64,000 nt of DNA, from positions 1-64,000 of IMG/VR virus record IMGVR_UViG_3300020576_003639, one strand, 5' to 3'. Position numbers and translations under genes: made by a program. Shown one piece after another: positions 1 to 12,644 of this stretch (its first letter is position 1; each line of letters begins with the position of its first letter). The stretch comes from a virus. The notes beneath the pieces were generated by a model, which searched no databases, was not told where the DNA came from, and saw only the letters and a program-made list of their open reading frames with translations.

Positions 1-147
1 GGATCGGACGGAGTATCTCCTACATCTACAGGTGGTACGATAACAACAAGTGGAGGACAGACAATACATACATTCACGACTTCCGGTACATTCACAATGG
101 TAGCCTATACAAATACATTTATTCCAAGAGTCATGATAATAAATTAA
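1..147 (+). CDS. 3' end of a tail-fiber-like gene (partial; the start lies upstream of the window)
   Basis: Frame ends ...SGGQTIHTFTTSGTFTMVAYTNTFIPRVMIIN then TAA. The Thr/Ser/Gly-rich beta-repeat character matches the tail-fiber ORF at the other end of the window. Confidence 0.35.
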   Translation, partial: GSDGVSPTSTGGTITTSGGQTIHTFTTSGTFTMVAYTNTFIPRVMIIN

Positions 148-183
148 AAAAACTTCCTATTTTATCAATAATCGTTATATTCT

Positions 184-348
184 ATGGAGAACTATTCAGG
201 CGTAATTGACATGGCAATAATAGACGAACTTTGACTAGACAGTGCACGAGAATATCTCCGGGAAAAATACTGACACGACTTCGCAGAAGACACAATAAGA
301 ATTATAGAAACGAGGCAGAAAATCATAGAAAGGGATCCAACACTATAA
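184..348 (+). CDS. small hypothetical protein (54 aa, two TGA=Gly)
   Basis: ATG at 184 to TAA at 346 once TGA is read as Gly. Polar composition. No recognised domain. Confidence 0.25.
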
Positions 349-613
349 TTCTATTACATTACCACTTCTGATATGGAGCAAATCATAGCAACGATATTTT
401 CTGAAAAAGGTATCATATACGGTTTATTTGCACTCTCTTTCTTAATTTTACTATTATGAACGCACACAGACTTATAGAGCTTGTAGAAGAGAATCGGGAA
501 ACTGATCTCTTTACATTCGCTAAAATAATCGAACAAGAAGAGCGTGCCTTTATTTCAGATAAAGTTGCAGCTCTTTGATTTCCTGGAATTATTCCTCTTA
601 TTGAAAACAACTA

Positions 614-1339
614 ATGTTACTCTGAAATTATTCAGTCATTCACAAGTCTCCTTGAAAATTCTTAGCAGGTAATACAGTATCAAATGTACCTGCTAATTTT
701 CTGAAGAATGGATCATATAGATGAATCTATTCTGAGGTGAGTATTCCTGATCAATGGGGATTACCTGTAGGGTATTCTTCAGGATGGATGCTTCCAAGAA
801 CTGCGGGATATCTTAAAGGTTATTCAGATAATAATCTAAGTGGAATATGAAACTGAGTAAGTTGAGTAAACGCTACTGGATCAGTAGATATTATTACTAT
901 AGCATTATGAGTTCTTTCTTTGATAGTATCAGCAAATGGTACATGTAGTGTTGTTATTACTGCGACAGGTCAAAGTATCGCTACAATTACTTGATCGGGT
1001 ACAGCTAATATATCATTTTCAGCAAATGGAAGTATTGGTGCAAATGCTTTCCTCTTATGAGCAGGAAGTATTAATGTAAGTGGCCAGGGAAATATATCAG
1101 CATTATGATTTATGACTGGTACGATGACACCATTTACTGAGCTATCGCCTCAATGACTTGCACAGGCAATTTGGTCATCATTAGCAAGTGAAAATAATGA
1201 TCCAAATACGATGGGATCGAAGTTAAATGCTGCAGGATCTTGAGGTATAGATTTAAATGCTCTCGCTCAAGCATTATGGGAATATAATAATAAGCCACTT
1301 ATTCTAAACCTAAATGACAAATTATCGAAAATACTTTAA
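614..1339 (+). CDS. tail-fiber-associated protein (241 aa; Gly/Ser/Thr/Asn-rich)
   Basis: Continuous frame with 11 in-frame TGA, all sitting in glycine-like contexts (SGIGNGVSGVNATGS..., NAAGSGGIDLNALAQALWEY). The C-terminal AIWS...ALW motif pair resembles tail-fiber and assembly proteins. Confidence 0.4.
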
Positions 1340-1399
1340 AAAAAGTTGCATAGAAAACCTTTTGTAGTATACTTTTCTTATACAACTTACTATAATTCT

Positions 1400-1879
1400 A
1401 TGGCGATAATCGAATCTGCTACCGCAAGTGCATGGATCGGATGATTAAAAACAGCTTGATATATTGTTTCAGTTTGAATGTTTGAATATCTTGCTATTCC
1501 TACAGAACAACTTAGCATTCTTGCATTACTTATGTTTATCGACTTCATTACTGGGGTTGGTAAACAATTTCGTATAGATCCTAAGGAGATTACGAGTCAT
1601 CTTGCATGGCTATGAGTCATGAAGAAGATTGCTACACTAGTATCGGTACTCTCAGTAGCTCTTGTTTTCAAAGGATTGAGTATCAATGAACAGAGATATG
1701 TCGTAGGCATTCTTTCTATCTTTATTACTGCTGAAGGATATAGCACTCTACAGAATGTATATGCTATTCGTACTGGTAAGATCCTTCCGGAATTTGATGT
1801 CATATCTATTGTACTTAGAAATATCGGAGATTTCTTCAAACAGAAGATCGAAGATATGGTTAAGAAAGGTAATCAATAA
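1400..1879 (+). CDS. holin (phage_holin_4-like)
   Basis: 159 aa with 2-3 TM segments and the motif LALLMFIDFITGV typical of the LL-H/phi29 holin family. It sits immediately upstream of an amidase endolysin. Confidence 0.6.
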
Positions 1880-1882
1880 TTT

Positions 1883-2086
1883 ATGGAAAAAACAATCCCT
1901 GCTACATTCTCATTAAATTCATATGATCCTATAAGGGAAGTTATATGGGCTCATGAAGAACCTCAGAGAATTGATCTCCTATATTACACACAGACTATGG
2001 TCTCTCAAAGAACTCGTGATCTTATTGATTCGATTCCGGCAGGAGATCTTTTTTCTATTCAGGCTGAACTTTCTAAATTCATTTAA
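1883..2086 (+). CDS. small hypothetical protein
   Basis: ATG-initiated 67-aa ORF in the lysis cassette. Confidence 0.3.
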   Translation: MEKTIPATFSLNSYDPIREVIWAHEEPQRIDLLYYTQTMVSQRTRDLIDSIPAGDLFSIQAELSKFI

Positions 2087-2087
2087 T

Positions 2088-2246
2088 ATGGAAACTCCTA
2101 TTCAAGATAATGCACATAGGCCAGTTCCTATGGCTGATAATGTAAAGAAGCTTACTCAGAGAGAAATCGCTGAGTTACTTAGAGAGGCTAGTAATGAAGA
2201 AGAGCCATGACAATATTTCTGAGCTAATTACCCTAGAATCGACTAA
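2088..2246 (+). CDS. small hypothetical protein
   Basis: ATG at 2088. TGA readthrough extends the ORF to TAA at 2244. Confidence 0.3.
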
Positions 2247-2309
2247 TGTGAGTATTTTCTTGTTCATCTTGTAACAAGCCTATAAAGACTATTCTTCATA
2301 GATGTTGAT

Positions 2310-2528
2310 TTGAAGACCCCCTTACTTGCCAATTATATGATACTAGCGAAAGTCCACGAGCTGCAGGCGGATGCCATGCACTATGATGAGGATCTGAAGA
2401 TAGCTTATTCGAAGGCGATTCAGGATGTCCTATCGGGGAGGATTGATTATCCGACATTCCTTGAGAATACGGACACTATACAAGATGAGTTCCGCTTTAG
2501 AGTATTTAAAACATTAAATAGTAAGTGA
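2310..2528 (+). CDS. small hypothetical protein (start uncertain; TTG 2310 or ATG 2337)
   Basis: ORF-track frame with a polar helical sequence. Confidence 0.25.
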   Translation: MKTPLLANYMILAKVHELQADAMHYDEDLKIAYSKAIQDVLSGRIDYPTFLENTDTIQDEFRFRVFKTLNSK

Positions 2529-2578
2529 GCTTGCTTTTAATAAAATATGGTTATAATCACTTTATCTTAATTATTTCT

Positions 2579-3166
2579 ATGAAAAATATATTTATAAGTT
2601 GTGGTCACAATAATGCTCGCAACTGGATTAAGGATGAAAATGGTAAGTGGGTACTCGGATTATACAAAGATCAATGATCTGTTAATCCTCTTGATAAAGA
2701 ACAAACAGAATATCGATGGGTATCTCGTGTGGCATATTCTCTACAGAAACTAGTAAATACTACTAATCCTCAAAATAATTATTTATTTGTACCAGCATGA
2801 CTCAATCTTGATAGTCGTATCAAATGGATTAATGCCAGGTCAAAGGCTGATGATATATGTATTGAGCTTCATATGAATTCATGAGGCGGTACAGGGCTTG
2901 AAGTATTCGCCCATGCAGGATCAGTTTATGCTATGGAAAAGGCGGCGACTATATCTGCAGGATTATCTAGCTCTATAGGCATAAAGAATCGATGAGCTAA
3001 GGTTGATACTTCTACTAGGCACGGCAAGAATGGACTTGGATTTATCCGAGAGACCAAACCATTAGCATTTCTTATCGAGCTTGGCTTCATTGATAATGAA
3101 ATCGATTGAAATGCTGTATGGGTAAAATGAGCATCATCACTTAAACTTATTCTATGAACACTGTAA
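2579..3166 (+). CDS. endolysin, N-acetylmuramoyl-L-alanine amidase (Amidase_3 type)
   Basis: With TGA=Gly the frame reads MKNIFISCGHNN..., ELHMNSGGGTGLEVF and ...RETKPLAFLIELGFIDNEID. These match the Amidase_3 GHGG, SIHANA and ELGFIsN motifs. Four in-frame TGA. Confidence 0.65.
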
Positions 3167-3639
3167 GGTCTAAATATGGTGCTCGTAAGACTGAATTTGA
3201 CGGAATTATGTTTGATTCGCAGTTAGAGCTTTCTTTTTATAAGAAATTAAGGGAAAACAATGTCGTGATTCTTGAGAGGCAAACCAAGTTTGTTCTTCAG
3301 GAATCATTTCATATAGGAAAAGAACTCATACGAGAGATAGCCTACAAAGCAGACTTCTTAATTGAGTGGTGCTGAAGAAAAATCTATATAGATTCTAAAG
3401 GTATGGAAGTACCCGAGTTCAAGATCAAGCATAAGATGTGGCTATTCAAATATGGAAATACTCACGAGCTTATCGTTACCGGAAGTTTTATTCGTTTAAT
3501 GGCAACACTTAATGCTATCAAAGATCCAACCAACAATCTCGAAAAACTGGAAGGTTGAAGCCTGATTAATACAAGGAAGCCCCAAAAAAGAAAGAAAAAG
3601 AATTCCTCAAGTATCAAAGAAAAAGCAGTTAAGGCTTAA
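3154..3639 (+). CDS. DUF1064-domain protein (resolvase-like fold)
   Basis: SKYGARKTEFDGIMFDSQLE...YKADFLIEW...IDSKGMEVPEFKIKHKMWLFKY matches the DUF1064 pattern. Extended through two TGA codons. Confidence 0.5.
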
Positions 3640-3968
3640 AGAAGGCTGATGAGAATGGCCTCTTTTTCTTCTTATATGGGATGAACGAGATCATTGCTGT
3701 GAAGAATGCTGAAGAGCATTGTTTATCCCTCGGCCACATAACTTCGATCATACCATAGGAAAGTCTCATGGAGAAGAATATCGTCTTGATAAAAAGTGAA
3801 TCAGAATCTTATGTTTTCCTTGTCATTTTACAAAGACAAATTGAGGTGAATGGCACGGTATCGATTACGATGCACCGTAGCCTACAAAAACTTTCTTAGT
3901 GAGATAAGAAAGTAAAAAATAATACAAACTAAACTTGTATTATTTTTTATTTCATTATAATCATATTT

Positions 3969-4547
3969 ATGAATGAAATTTGGACACCAATCATATGATT
4001 TGAAGAAGATTATGAAGTAAGTAATCTTGCAAGAGTTCGAGCTTTTAGAGATTCTTGAATAAAATATGTTGCTCTTAATACCTTAAAAAGTTGATATACA
4101 CAAGTATCTCTTAGAAAGAATTGAAAACAATATACATTTTATATTCATAGATTAGTATGAATTCATTTTGTAGATAATCCAAATAATTATCCATGTGTAT
4201 TGCATAAAAAAGAATCAGACCCTATGGATGATACTGCATGAAATTTATTTTGGTGAACACATAAAATGAATACACAAGATATGTATTCAAAAAATAGAGA
4301 TAATAGTTGGCTTAGAAAAAATCATCCAATGAAATGAGTATTTTGAAAAGATAATCCACAGAGTAGAAAAATCTGAAAATATTCTAAACAATGAAAACTT
4401 ATTGATATTTATTATTGAGTTCGAGAAGCTGAAAGAATTACATGATTATCTCGATCAAATATTTCTCAATGCTGCAGATGAAAAGCTTATAAAACCGTAT
4501 GATGATTTATATGGAAATATATTAGTGATGACTGCATCGTGGGTTAA
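3969..4547 (+). CDS. HNH homing endonuclease (NUMOD4 + HNH_3 type) with C-terminal HTH
   Basis: WTPIIGFEEDYEVSNLARVRAF...GYTQVSLRKNGKQYTFYIHRLVGIHFVDNPNN...VLHK...NL.WGT. C-terminal GLSRSNISQCCRGKAYKTVGGFIWKY. Nine TGA=Gly. Confidence 0.7.
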
Positions 4548-4644
4548 TCCTACGATGGAGTTATTTCTGCCTACAAATACTTTTTAGTAGGATAGGCAAA
4601 TAAATCTCTTTGGCAATTTAGCCATTTCTTAACCCCTCTTATTT

Positions 4645-5709
4645 ATGACTACTACACAAGAAGTAGCTCCTATAGATCAAACAGCCATGATGGCCATGAT
4701 GGATCGTGCTGAATCTGATTCAGGTACCTCATCAGTCATGAGTTGTCTTCATACTTTGAAGATCTATAATCCGGCACCTGGCGATATTCCTGATCCTGAA
4801 AAAGCAGGAAAGTTTAAGCTTAAGGAGGCCAATACCGGTGATGAGAAATTACTTGAATGAGAAATCAAATTCAATGTACTTTCTATCGCATATAACTGGA
4901 CTGGTGGGATTTATCCTACACACCCTGATGGATCTATTTCTGATGAAGAAGTAGTATTCTCAAGTTCAGAGTTTGGTAAGTATGAGAAGCGTACTGATGT
5001 CATCGGTCTTTCTGTAAAAGGAAGAGCTTATGCATTCTTTACAAAAGGCGAGTTCGAGACTATGATTAAGACTCCTATGCTTAATGGGATTACTAATCAA
5101 TTCTACGATAAGAAGAAAGATAAGGAAGGTAAACCTTATCATGGAACACTTCTCCGCAGATCTGCTGTAATTTACGGTCAATTCATCGGAGGTGAATATG
5201 ATAAAGAATACTTCCGAATGTTTACTTCTCCAAACAACATCGGTATCACTTATGATGCTGAAGCAGGTACAGCAATCGAACCTGATGAAGGAACTCTTGA
5301 GTATGTGACTATTCCGGCACTTGCTCAAATGAATGAGATTCGTACTCAGAATGGAAAGAAAGCTCTTAGTCGTGTATCTCACGATCAATGTGATGTTCTC
5401 CTTACTATTCGTACAAATGATAAGGGAAACTTCCTTCCGGTATTCTCATTTGCAGGGCTTACTGCTATGCGAGGTTACGACAATAGCGAGGATATTAAGT
5501 ACATTCATGATCTTAAGGCTGAACAATTCCGTTCAATCTTTGGTGTAATGGGTGCTGTTACTCCTATCACTATTGATGGTACTAAGGCTACTGTAGCTCT
5601 TCCGAGCGCTCCTCAGGATCATCATGCTATTGAAGCTCCTAAGGCAGCTATAACTGCAGCTGATGTAGATGATACATTTGATGGACCTTCTAAAGAAGAT
5701 TTCTAATAT
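4645..5709 (+). CDS. hypothetical protein (355 aa). Candidate single-strand annealing protein by position only, because it lies upstream of a PD-(D/E)xK nuclease.
   Basis: Single frame (ORFs 4645 and 5062 share phase, joined via one TGA). No motif recognised. Confidence 0.4.
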
Positions 5710-6295
5710 GTTTGATCTCTTAAAGCAATTCGCATCTGAGAACAAATTGAACCTACTCGATTCTATCCCAAGAGATTGGGATAGATATTGAGATGGTATT
5801 TGATCTGTGACTGCATTACTGAAACTCTTTCAGGAACCTGGATTTGAATATGTGAAAAGAAACTATGCTGATGAGGTAGCTGTCGCTTGTAAAAGGGGTA
5901 CAGATATTCATCAATGAGCAGAAGATTTCTTCTCGTGAGTATCGGATGATATTTATAAACAGATTCTTAAATTCCATGTTCTCTATGATTTTAAGATACA
6001 CGCCCAAGAACAAAGAGTATTCAAAGACATTAGTTGATGAATCGATGTGATCGGAAGTAGCCCCTTATTATCTAATGGGGTTTTAGTAAATGTAGATTAC
6101 AAAACAAATATCAAACAGAATGTAAAGTATAAAATTCAGATGTGAGGATATAATTATCTGAACGGAAATCCTGGATATATTCTTTATATGAGCGATAAAA
6201 AGTTCGAGCTAGTAGAAGTGGAGATGGATATCTATCTACCACTCTTTCTCGAATTAAAAGAATACTTTTTTTACTTACTAAAATTTCAAGCATAA
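5708..6295 (+). CDS. PD-(D/E)xK-family nuclease (lambda-exonuclease/Cas4-like)
   Basis: GTDIHQGAEDFF ... IDVIGS ... VNVDYKT gives a D...(D/E)xK arrangement. Six TGA=Gly. Confidence 0.45.
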
Positions 6296-6818
6296 TGACA
6301 ACAATAGTCTACAAAGCATGAAAATACATAGCTTCTGATAAGCGATGAATTGGAGGAGAGGCAGGGTGGATTGATAATGGATCTAAGATATTCACTCATG
6401 TTGGTGACAACTATACGGTATATCTTTTGAATTCTTGAATCAAACAGATGCCTGAAAAGATTCATTCTCTTCTCAATAAATATTTTGAGAAGTCTTTTGA
6501 TCCTATATCTCTCTATGATCTTCAAGAAGATCTTAAGGTTACTCAGCAATGAAATACCTTTGTTTGTATCGTGGTTCTTAAGAAGACATCATTTAATGAT
6601 GATTGAACTACTGAGGCTACTACTCGAGCATGGAAGCTATGAAATAATGCCTGTGAAGAAACTGATTGGCATTATGTGGCTGCATGATCGTGAGCGGATT
6701 ATGTAGATGGGATTATGCTTATAAAGCCTGATATTGAACCAAGCGAATTATTCGAGTTGGTTGCATCTAAGGATTTATATACTTCTCCCACTTTCGATCT
6801 TATTAACCTTTCCATCTA

Positions 6819-6819
<1 letters not shown>
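6295..6819 (+). CDS. HslV/proteasome-beta-like Ntn hydrolase
   Basis: N-terminus MTTIVYKAGKYIASDKRG (N-terminal Thr, as in HslV MTTIVSVRR...) and a late AAGSGADYV (GSG motif). Confidence 0.45.
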
Positions 6820-7976
<1,157 letters not shown>

Positions 7977-7977
7977 T

Positions 7978-8256
7978 ATGCAGTACTTATGCTACATGGA
8001 AAAGAATAATCCACAGACCTTGGTGAAGGTTGAATACCAAGGTAATATGGATATTAAACTCATTGCTGCCCTAACTTTCATTATTGGAAAATGATGAATG
8101 GACACATCTCTATCTCTCGTGATCGATGCTATTCAAGGCGAGATCGAATATCAGAAGATATTTGATACCTTTGATAAGCATTGTATCATAGTGAAAGATG
8201 ATCTCCATAATACATTGAACAAGAAGATAGTTACTGCGGCAGATTTATTTTCTTAA
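7978..8256 (+). CDS. hypothetical protein
   Basis: 92-aa ORF with a TGA pair read as GG. Confidence 0.3.
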
Positions 8257-8265
8257 CTTTCTACT

Positions 8266-8463
8266 ATGAAAGATTTTATTCAGAAATACGAAGGCATCTT
8301 CAGATGACTTGCAGTATTTTTTCTCCTATTCGGAGATATGCATCTTATTACATTTACGACTTCGCTCGTGAATAGTAATCCTCTCGGTGGCGTGTTCATG
8401 TTCGTTGTTGGTTTCGTTGCTAATCTTTACTTTTATCACCTCTATACTCTATGAAAGCACTAA
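8266..8463 (+). CDS. small membrane protein (short NfeD-like partner of the downstream SPFH protein)
   Basis: 65 aa with two hydrophobic segments. Its end overlaps the start of the SPFH gene, as in NfeD-SPFH operons. Confidence 0.35.
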
Positions 8464-9296
8464 TCGCTTCTATCGTTGTTATCTTCCTTATTTGGTTCGT
8501 ATCATTCATGTCTTCTACTAAAGTCCCTGCAGGTTATGAGGCTATCCTCGTAAACCAATATGGACAGAATGGAGTACAAGATACACCACTCGTTACTGGT
8601 CGAGTCTACTACAATCCATTTACTCAGGATCTTATTAAGTATCCTGTGTATGTTCAGACAAAAGATTATGAACCATTTGAAGTGAAGGCTAAAGATGGAT
8701 CTAAATTTGTTGTTGATCCTACGATTTCATATCGTGTAAATGTTGGTGCAACTCCTACAATCTATCAGAAGTATCGTAAAGATATTAATGAGATTACTGA
8801 TGTTGTAATGCTTCAAATGGTAAAAGATACATTTCGTATTGTATTGAATAAATACACTACTGATGAAATGATTTCTAAGGCAGGAGATATCGATAATGAG
8901 CTTTCTAAAACTCTTATAGATATGCTTGCTCCTGAGAAGATTACAGTAGAGCGACTTACTTCAGGACTATCGTATCCTGAAAGTATGACGAATGCTATTG
9001 CTGCTAAGAATCAGGCAGTGCAGGATGCTCAGCGTGTAGAAAATGAACTTCGTAAAGCTGAAGCTGAAGCGAAGATCAAACAAACGAATGCTGAAGCTGA
9101 TGCGAAAGCTAAGATTACTGAAGCTAAAGCTAATGCTGAATCTATCGAGATTCAGAGTAAAGCGATTCAGTCTCAAGGTTGAGCTGATTATGTGAAGCTT
9201 CAATGGATCAAAGAAGTTGGAGCTAAGTGGAATGGACAACTCCCTTCTACATCTCTTTCTGATGGAGTAAATGCTTTTGTTACTTTACCACAATAA
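8451..9296 (+). CDS. SPFH/band-7 (stomatin/prohibitin/HflKC-like) protein
   Basis: N-terminal TM segment, an SPFH-like core, then a coiled-coil tail (AEAEAKIKQTNAEADAKAKITEAKANAESIEIQSKAIQSQGG...). One TGA. Confidence 0.6.
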
Positions 9297-9405
9297 GTAA
9301 CTCCTCTCGTAGAGAGGAGTGTGTGGAGACCGCCCAAGTATGCGCACCACTTGGCTTCGCTATCCACACTTCTCTCTATGAGATTTATTTCTTAATCATA
9401 TTATT

Positions 9406-9642
9406 ATGTCTTCTGATATATCTCTGTGTACATCTACTGATTGCCCAAAAAGAAAGACTTGTAAGCGTGCTATGCAAGCTCCGAGTCGTTATCATCAATC
9501 GTATTTTAATCCGTATTTATACGGAGAAATTTGTAAATTCTTTATTCTTTATCAATCGTATAATGCCGAACTTTCTACCTGAGGATCAATGGAAGGAGAA
9601 GAATGTACAGAAAGCTCTGAATGAATACATTGAGAAGCTTAG
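9406..9642 (+). CDS. small Cys-rich protein. The frame is ambiguous because an overlapping alternative frame also looks coding at 9562-9712.
   Basis: MSSDISLCTSTDCPKRKTCKRAMQAPSRYHQSYFNPYLYGEICKFF... Confidence 0.25.
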
Positions 9643-9702
9643 AATTGAACATGCTAAGCGAGTTGCAGATTGTTTAAAATCTTTATCTACTAATTTACCA
9701 TC

Positions 9703-10191
9703 ATGAAAATAATCTTTCTCGATATTGATGGAGTATTGATTCCTTTATTTCGAAGGGATCGTTGACTCAAAACAATGAATGGAGTTCTTGCCGATATTCC
9801 AAAAGAAGTATCTAATAATCTTGTAAGAGTATTGCAAGATCCGTCTGTATTTATTGTTATCTCATCTTCTTGGAGACATCATTGGGAAGGTTGTAAAATT
9901 CTTCTTGAACAGATTCCTATCAATGATAGATGAGATACGGTATGGAATCGAGTTATATCTAAAACCTGAAGTAAAACTGATGGTGGAAGATCTACTGAAA
10001 TTCTTATGTGGCTTAATGAGTATCATCGTACTGCAAAGTTCTGATATCATATTACCCATTGGGTAGCTATTGATGATGAACAATTTGATATGAAAGCTAT
10101 TCGTAGAATAGGAAAACTTATCAAAACAGAAGCAGCAATTGGTCTTACTTCAGAACAGGCGGATGAAATTATTTCTTTACTTAACCACTAA
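9703..10191 (+). CDS. HAD-superfamily phosphatase (5'-nucleotidase/PNK-phosphatase-like)
   Basis: MKIIFLDIDGVLIP (motif I DxDGV), ISSSW (motif II), AIDDE (motif IV). Seven TGA=Gly. Confidence 0.55.
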
Positions 10192-10517
10192 TGGATATTC
10201 AATTCATTGCAGGCAAATGAATCTCTACTAAGAGTATTGCAGATAGAGTGATTACTGCACACTTTACGGTTCCGGCATCATTCGTAGCTAAGGATTATTT
10301 GAATAAACCTTTGGTATTTGAGATGCGTGTGAATCATTCCGACAAGGTTCTCGAAGCTGATGCAAGTATGTGTAATGATCCTGGTACGAATTATTACTAT
10401 AATCCTACCCATGACACTTACGCTATAAAACTTGATATAACACTCCCTGATCTTTTGATCATGGGATTTATTTTTACTTCCTCTCTTGGACTTTATGTCC
10501 AGGATAACAAAATTTAA
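10191..10517 (+). CDS. hypothetical protein
   Basis: 108-aa ORF extended through an early TGA. Confidence 0.35.
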
Positions 10518-10771
10518 TTATGTGGCAATGAAAAAGAAATCCTAAGCCTCGTGCTGCGGAAGTTTGAGATTACTATGATAATACTCGCTGATGGTCACGA
10601 AGACTTTTAGTTCGTGTATGAATTGATACATGTTCATATGATACATATTATCTTAATGATAAGACTTGAGAGTTTGAGCATGGTTGATATCCTCCTAACA
10701 TTTGTACTCTTGCACATATTCGTGCATGGTCACAAAGATGAACTCGTTAATATTCCTAACCCTTTATTCTT

Positions 10772-11278
10772 ATGTGAACTCGTTCTATAATAGCTATTAA
10801 GAAAGATGGTGAATTCAAAGTGTCTCAGTACAGTCAATGGGATTGATATCCTATGTGACAATGACTTACTCTACTTAAATTGTTACAAGAAATAGATATC
10901 AAAGTACTCTCTAAGAAAGTAGATCTTGTACGCAAGATTACTGATGATGAGATTGATGCTATACCTGATGATGGTAAATGGACTGAAGAATATCCTTGGC
11001 TCTCAAGAGACTGCTGAGCTGAAATAGTAAAATATATTATGGAGGATAAATATATCTTGAAGATTGATCTTATTGATCTCGAGCCAAATATCTGGATCGA
11101 ATGGAGCTATCTTATTGATCTCGATAAGAATGTTTTCCAGATCTATCATGGTACAATTCTTTCGTGAGAAAGATATGTATCTAAACCTGGACATAAGTAC
11201 AGAAAACCTATTGCTAGTTTTCCACTTGATGAACTTCCTACTGAAGAACAGTGGACTAAGAAGTATACGAAGTACTAG
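10772..11278 (+). CDS. hypothetical protein (168 aa)
   Basis: Frame traced codon by codon with several TGA=Gly (MGTRSIIAIKKDGEFKVSQYSQWDGYPMGQG...). It ends at the TAG that begins the recurring TAGCCTACAAATACTGAT motif. Confidence 0.4.
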
Positions 11279-11303
11279 CCTACAAATACTGATAGAGTTT
11301 ATG

Positions 11304-11333
11304 CCCTAAGTTAAATCTTGGGGTTATTTTTTA
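11304..11333 (+). terminator. rho-independent terminator
   Basis: ccctaag-ttaaat-cttgggg hairpin followed by ttatttttt. Confidence 0.5.
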
Positions 11334-11344
11334 ATTTTATAATT

Positions 11345-11953
11345 ATGCTTATCCCTAAGTTTATTAAAACCATAGCATCTCGTATTTCTGCTAATGGTAA
11401 TATCAGACCTGCACTTGCAGGTGTTCGTATTACACCTACTCATCTTGAAGCTACTAATTCTTTTATGGCTGTCAGTATTAAGAATCCATTCGGTGAAGTT
11501 GATGTAAAACATTATCCTGGTTCACTCAAACGCACTCTTTCTGATGGAAATATTATGATTCATAAAGATGAGATCGCGCTTATTCCATTTAAGAATAGTA
11601 AAAAGTATCGTCACCTTAGTGATCGTGCTGCACTTGTATCTAATGGAGAAGCTTGAGCTGCATCTATTGAATGTTACTATCCGAACAATAATAAGGTGAA
11701 AGTAACTGCTCAAGTGATTAACGGAAAATTCCCTGACATTCGTGCATTCTGTACACCATATGCTGATCGTGTTTGATATATAGAGAGTTGAGTATGTACT
11801 CAAAATCTTATTGATACTCTTACTGTCATGCGTGATGCAGGATATAACAATGTTATTGTATCTATCTGTCCTAATAAGCCTATCTTCATCGAACCATACG
11901 ATAAAGTAAAGGATGATGATTCTATTGGATTGGTTATGGGTCTTAAAATGTAA
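11345..11953 (+). CDS. hypothetical protein (faint resemblance to the sliding-clamp N-domain)
   Basis: MLIPKFIKTIASRISANGNIRPALAGVRITPTHLEATNSFMAVSIK... Joined across three TGA codons. Confidence 0.35.
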
Positions 11954-11964
11954 CCCTTATTCTT

Positions 11965-12180
11965 ATGCAATGTCCTTATTGTGAAAGTGATTTAATTTAT
12001 CACGATTATTATTTCTCATGAAACTATGAAGCATATATAAAATGATATCAGAATTCTTGATTCAAAAAGAAATGAGATATTTATAAATGTAACAATGAAG
12101 ATTGTGAAGCATGTATTAATAATATTTCATTTCATACAAGATGAGATTCAGATGAATTATTTGAATGACACCCTTGTTAA
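11965..12180 (+). CDS. zinc-ribbon protein
   Basis: MQCPYCESD...YKCNNEDCEAC, which is CxxC...CxxC. Confidence 0.35.
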
Positions 12181-12197
12181 TTTTTAATTTTTATTTT

Positions 12198-12641
12198 ATG
12201 ACTACATTAGATAGAGTTGAGACTCAGAAATTATTTGATGCTATCAATACTCGTATGGCTTTTATGCCTATGTGATTAGATAGTAGTTGAGATATACTAT
12301 GGCATTTTAGAATGCCAAATCCAATTGCTTGAAAAGAATTTAGAGACAAAGATAAAAATCTTTGGAAGATAAATCCTTGGGACATTCTTGTTTCTATTGA
12401 AGCCTGAATTAACAAGGCTTGAGTATGAGATTGAAAAGAACCAACTCATGCCATGACTTATTCAATCAATTACAGTATGTATTGAATGGTAAGAAATTAT
12501 CGATGTAAGAACTGGTATGAGTCTAAGTATGTACATCAGTATGCGTACTCTCGAAATATTGAAGATGTAGTATCTAAATTTATTACTCATCTTCAAATAA
12601 ATGTTCCTGGTTATATAGATCATAAATTCATAATTAATTAA
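12198..12641 (+). CDS. hypothetical protein
   Basis: 147-aa frame with many TGA=Gly. Confidence 0.3.
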
Positions 12642-12644
12642 TCT

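Noticed and set aside
9323-9706. ORF-track frame 9323-9706 as a single 127-aa protein
   Set aside because: Its first half is hydrophobic low-complexity sequence overlapping a more protein-like Cys-rich frame (9406-9642). It is probably two short genes or a mis-framed region, so it is reported with low confidence.
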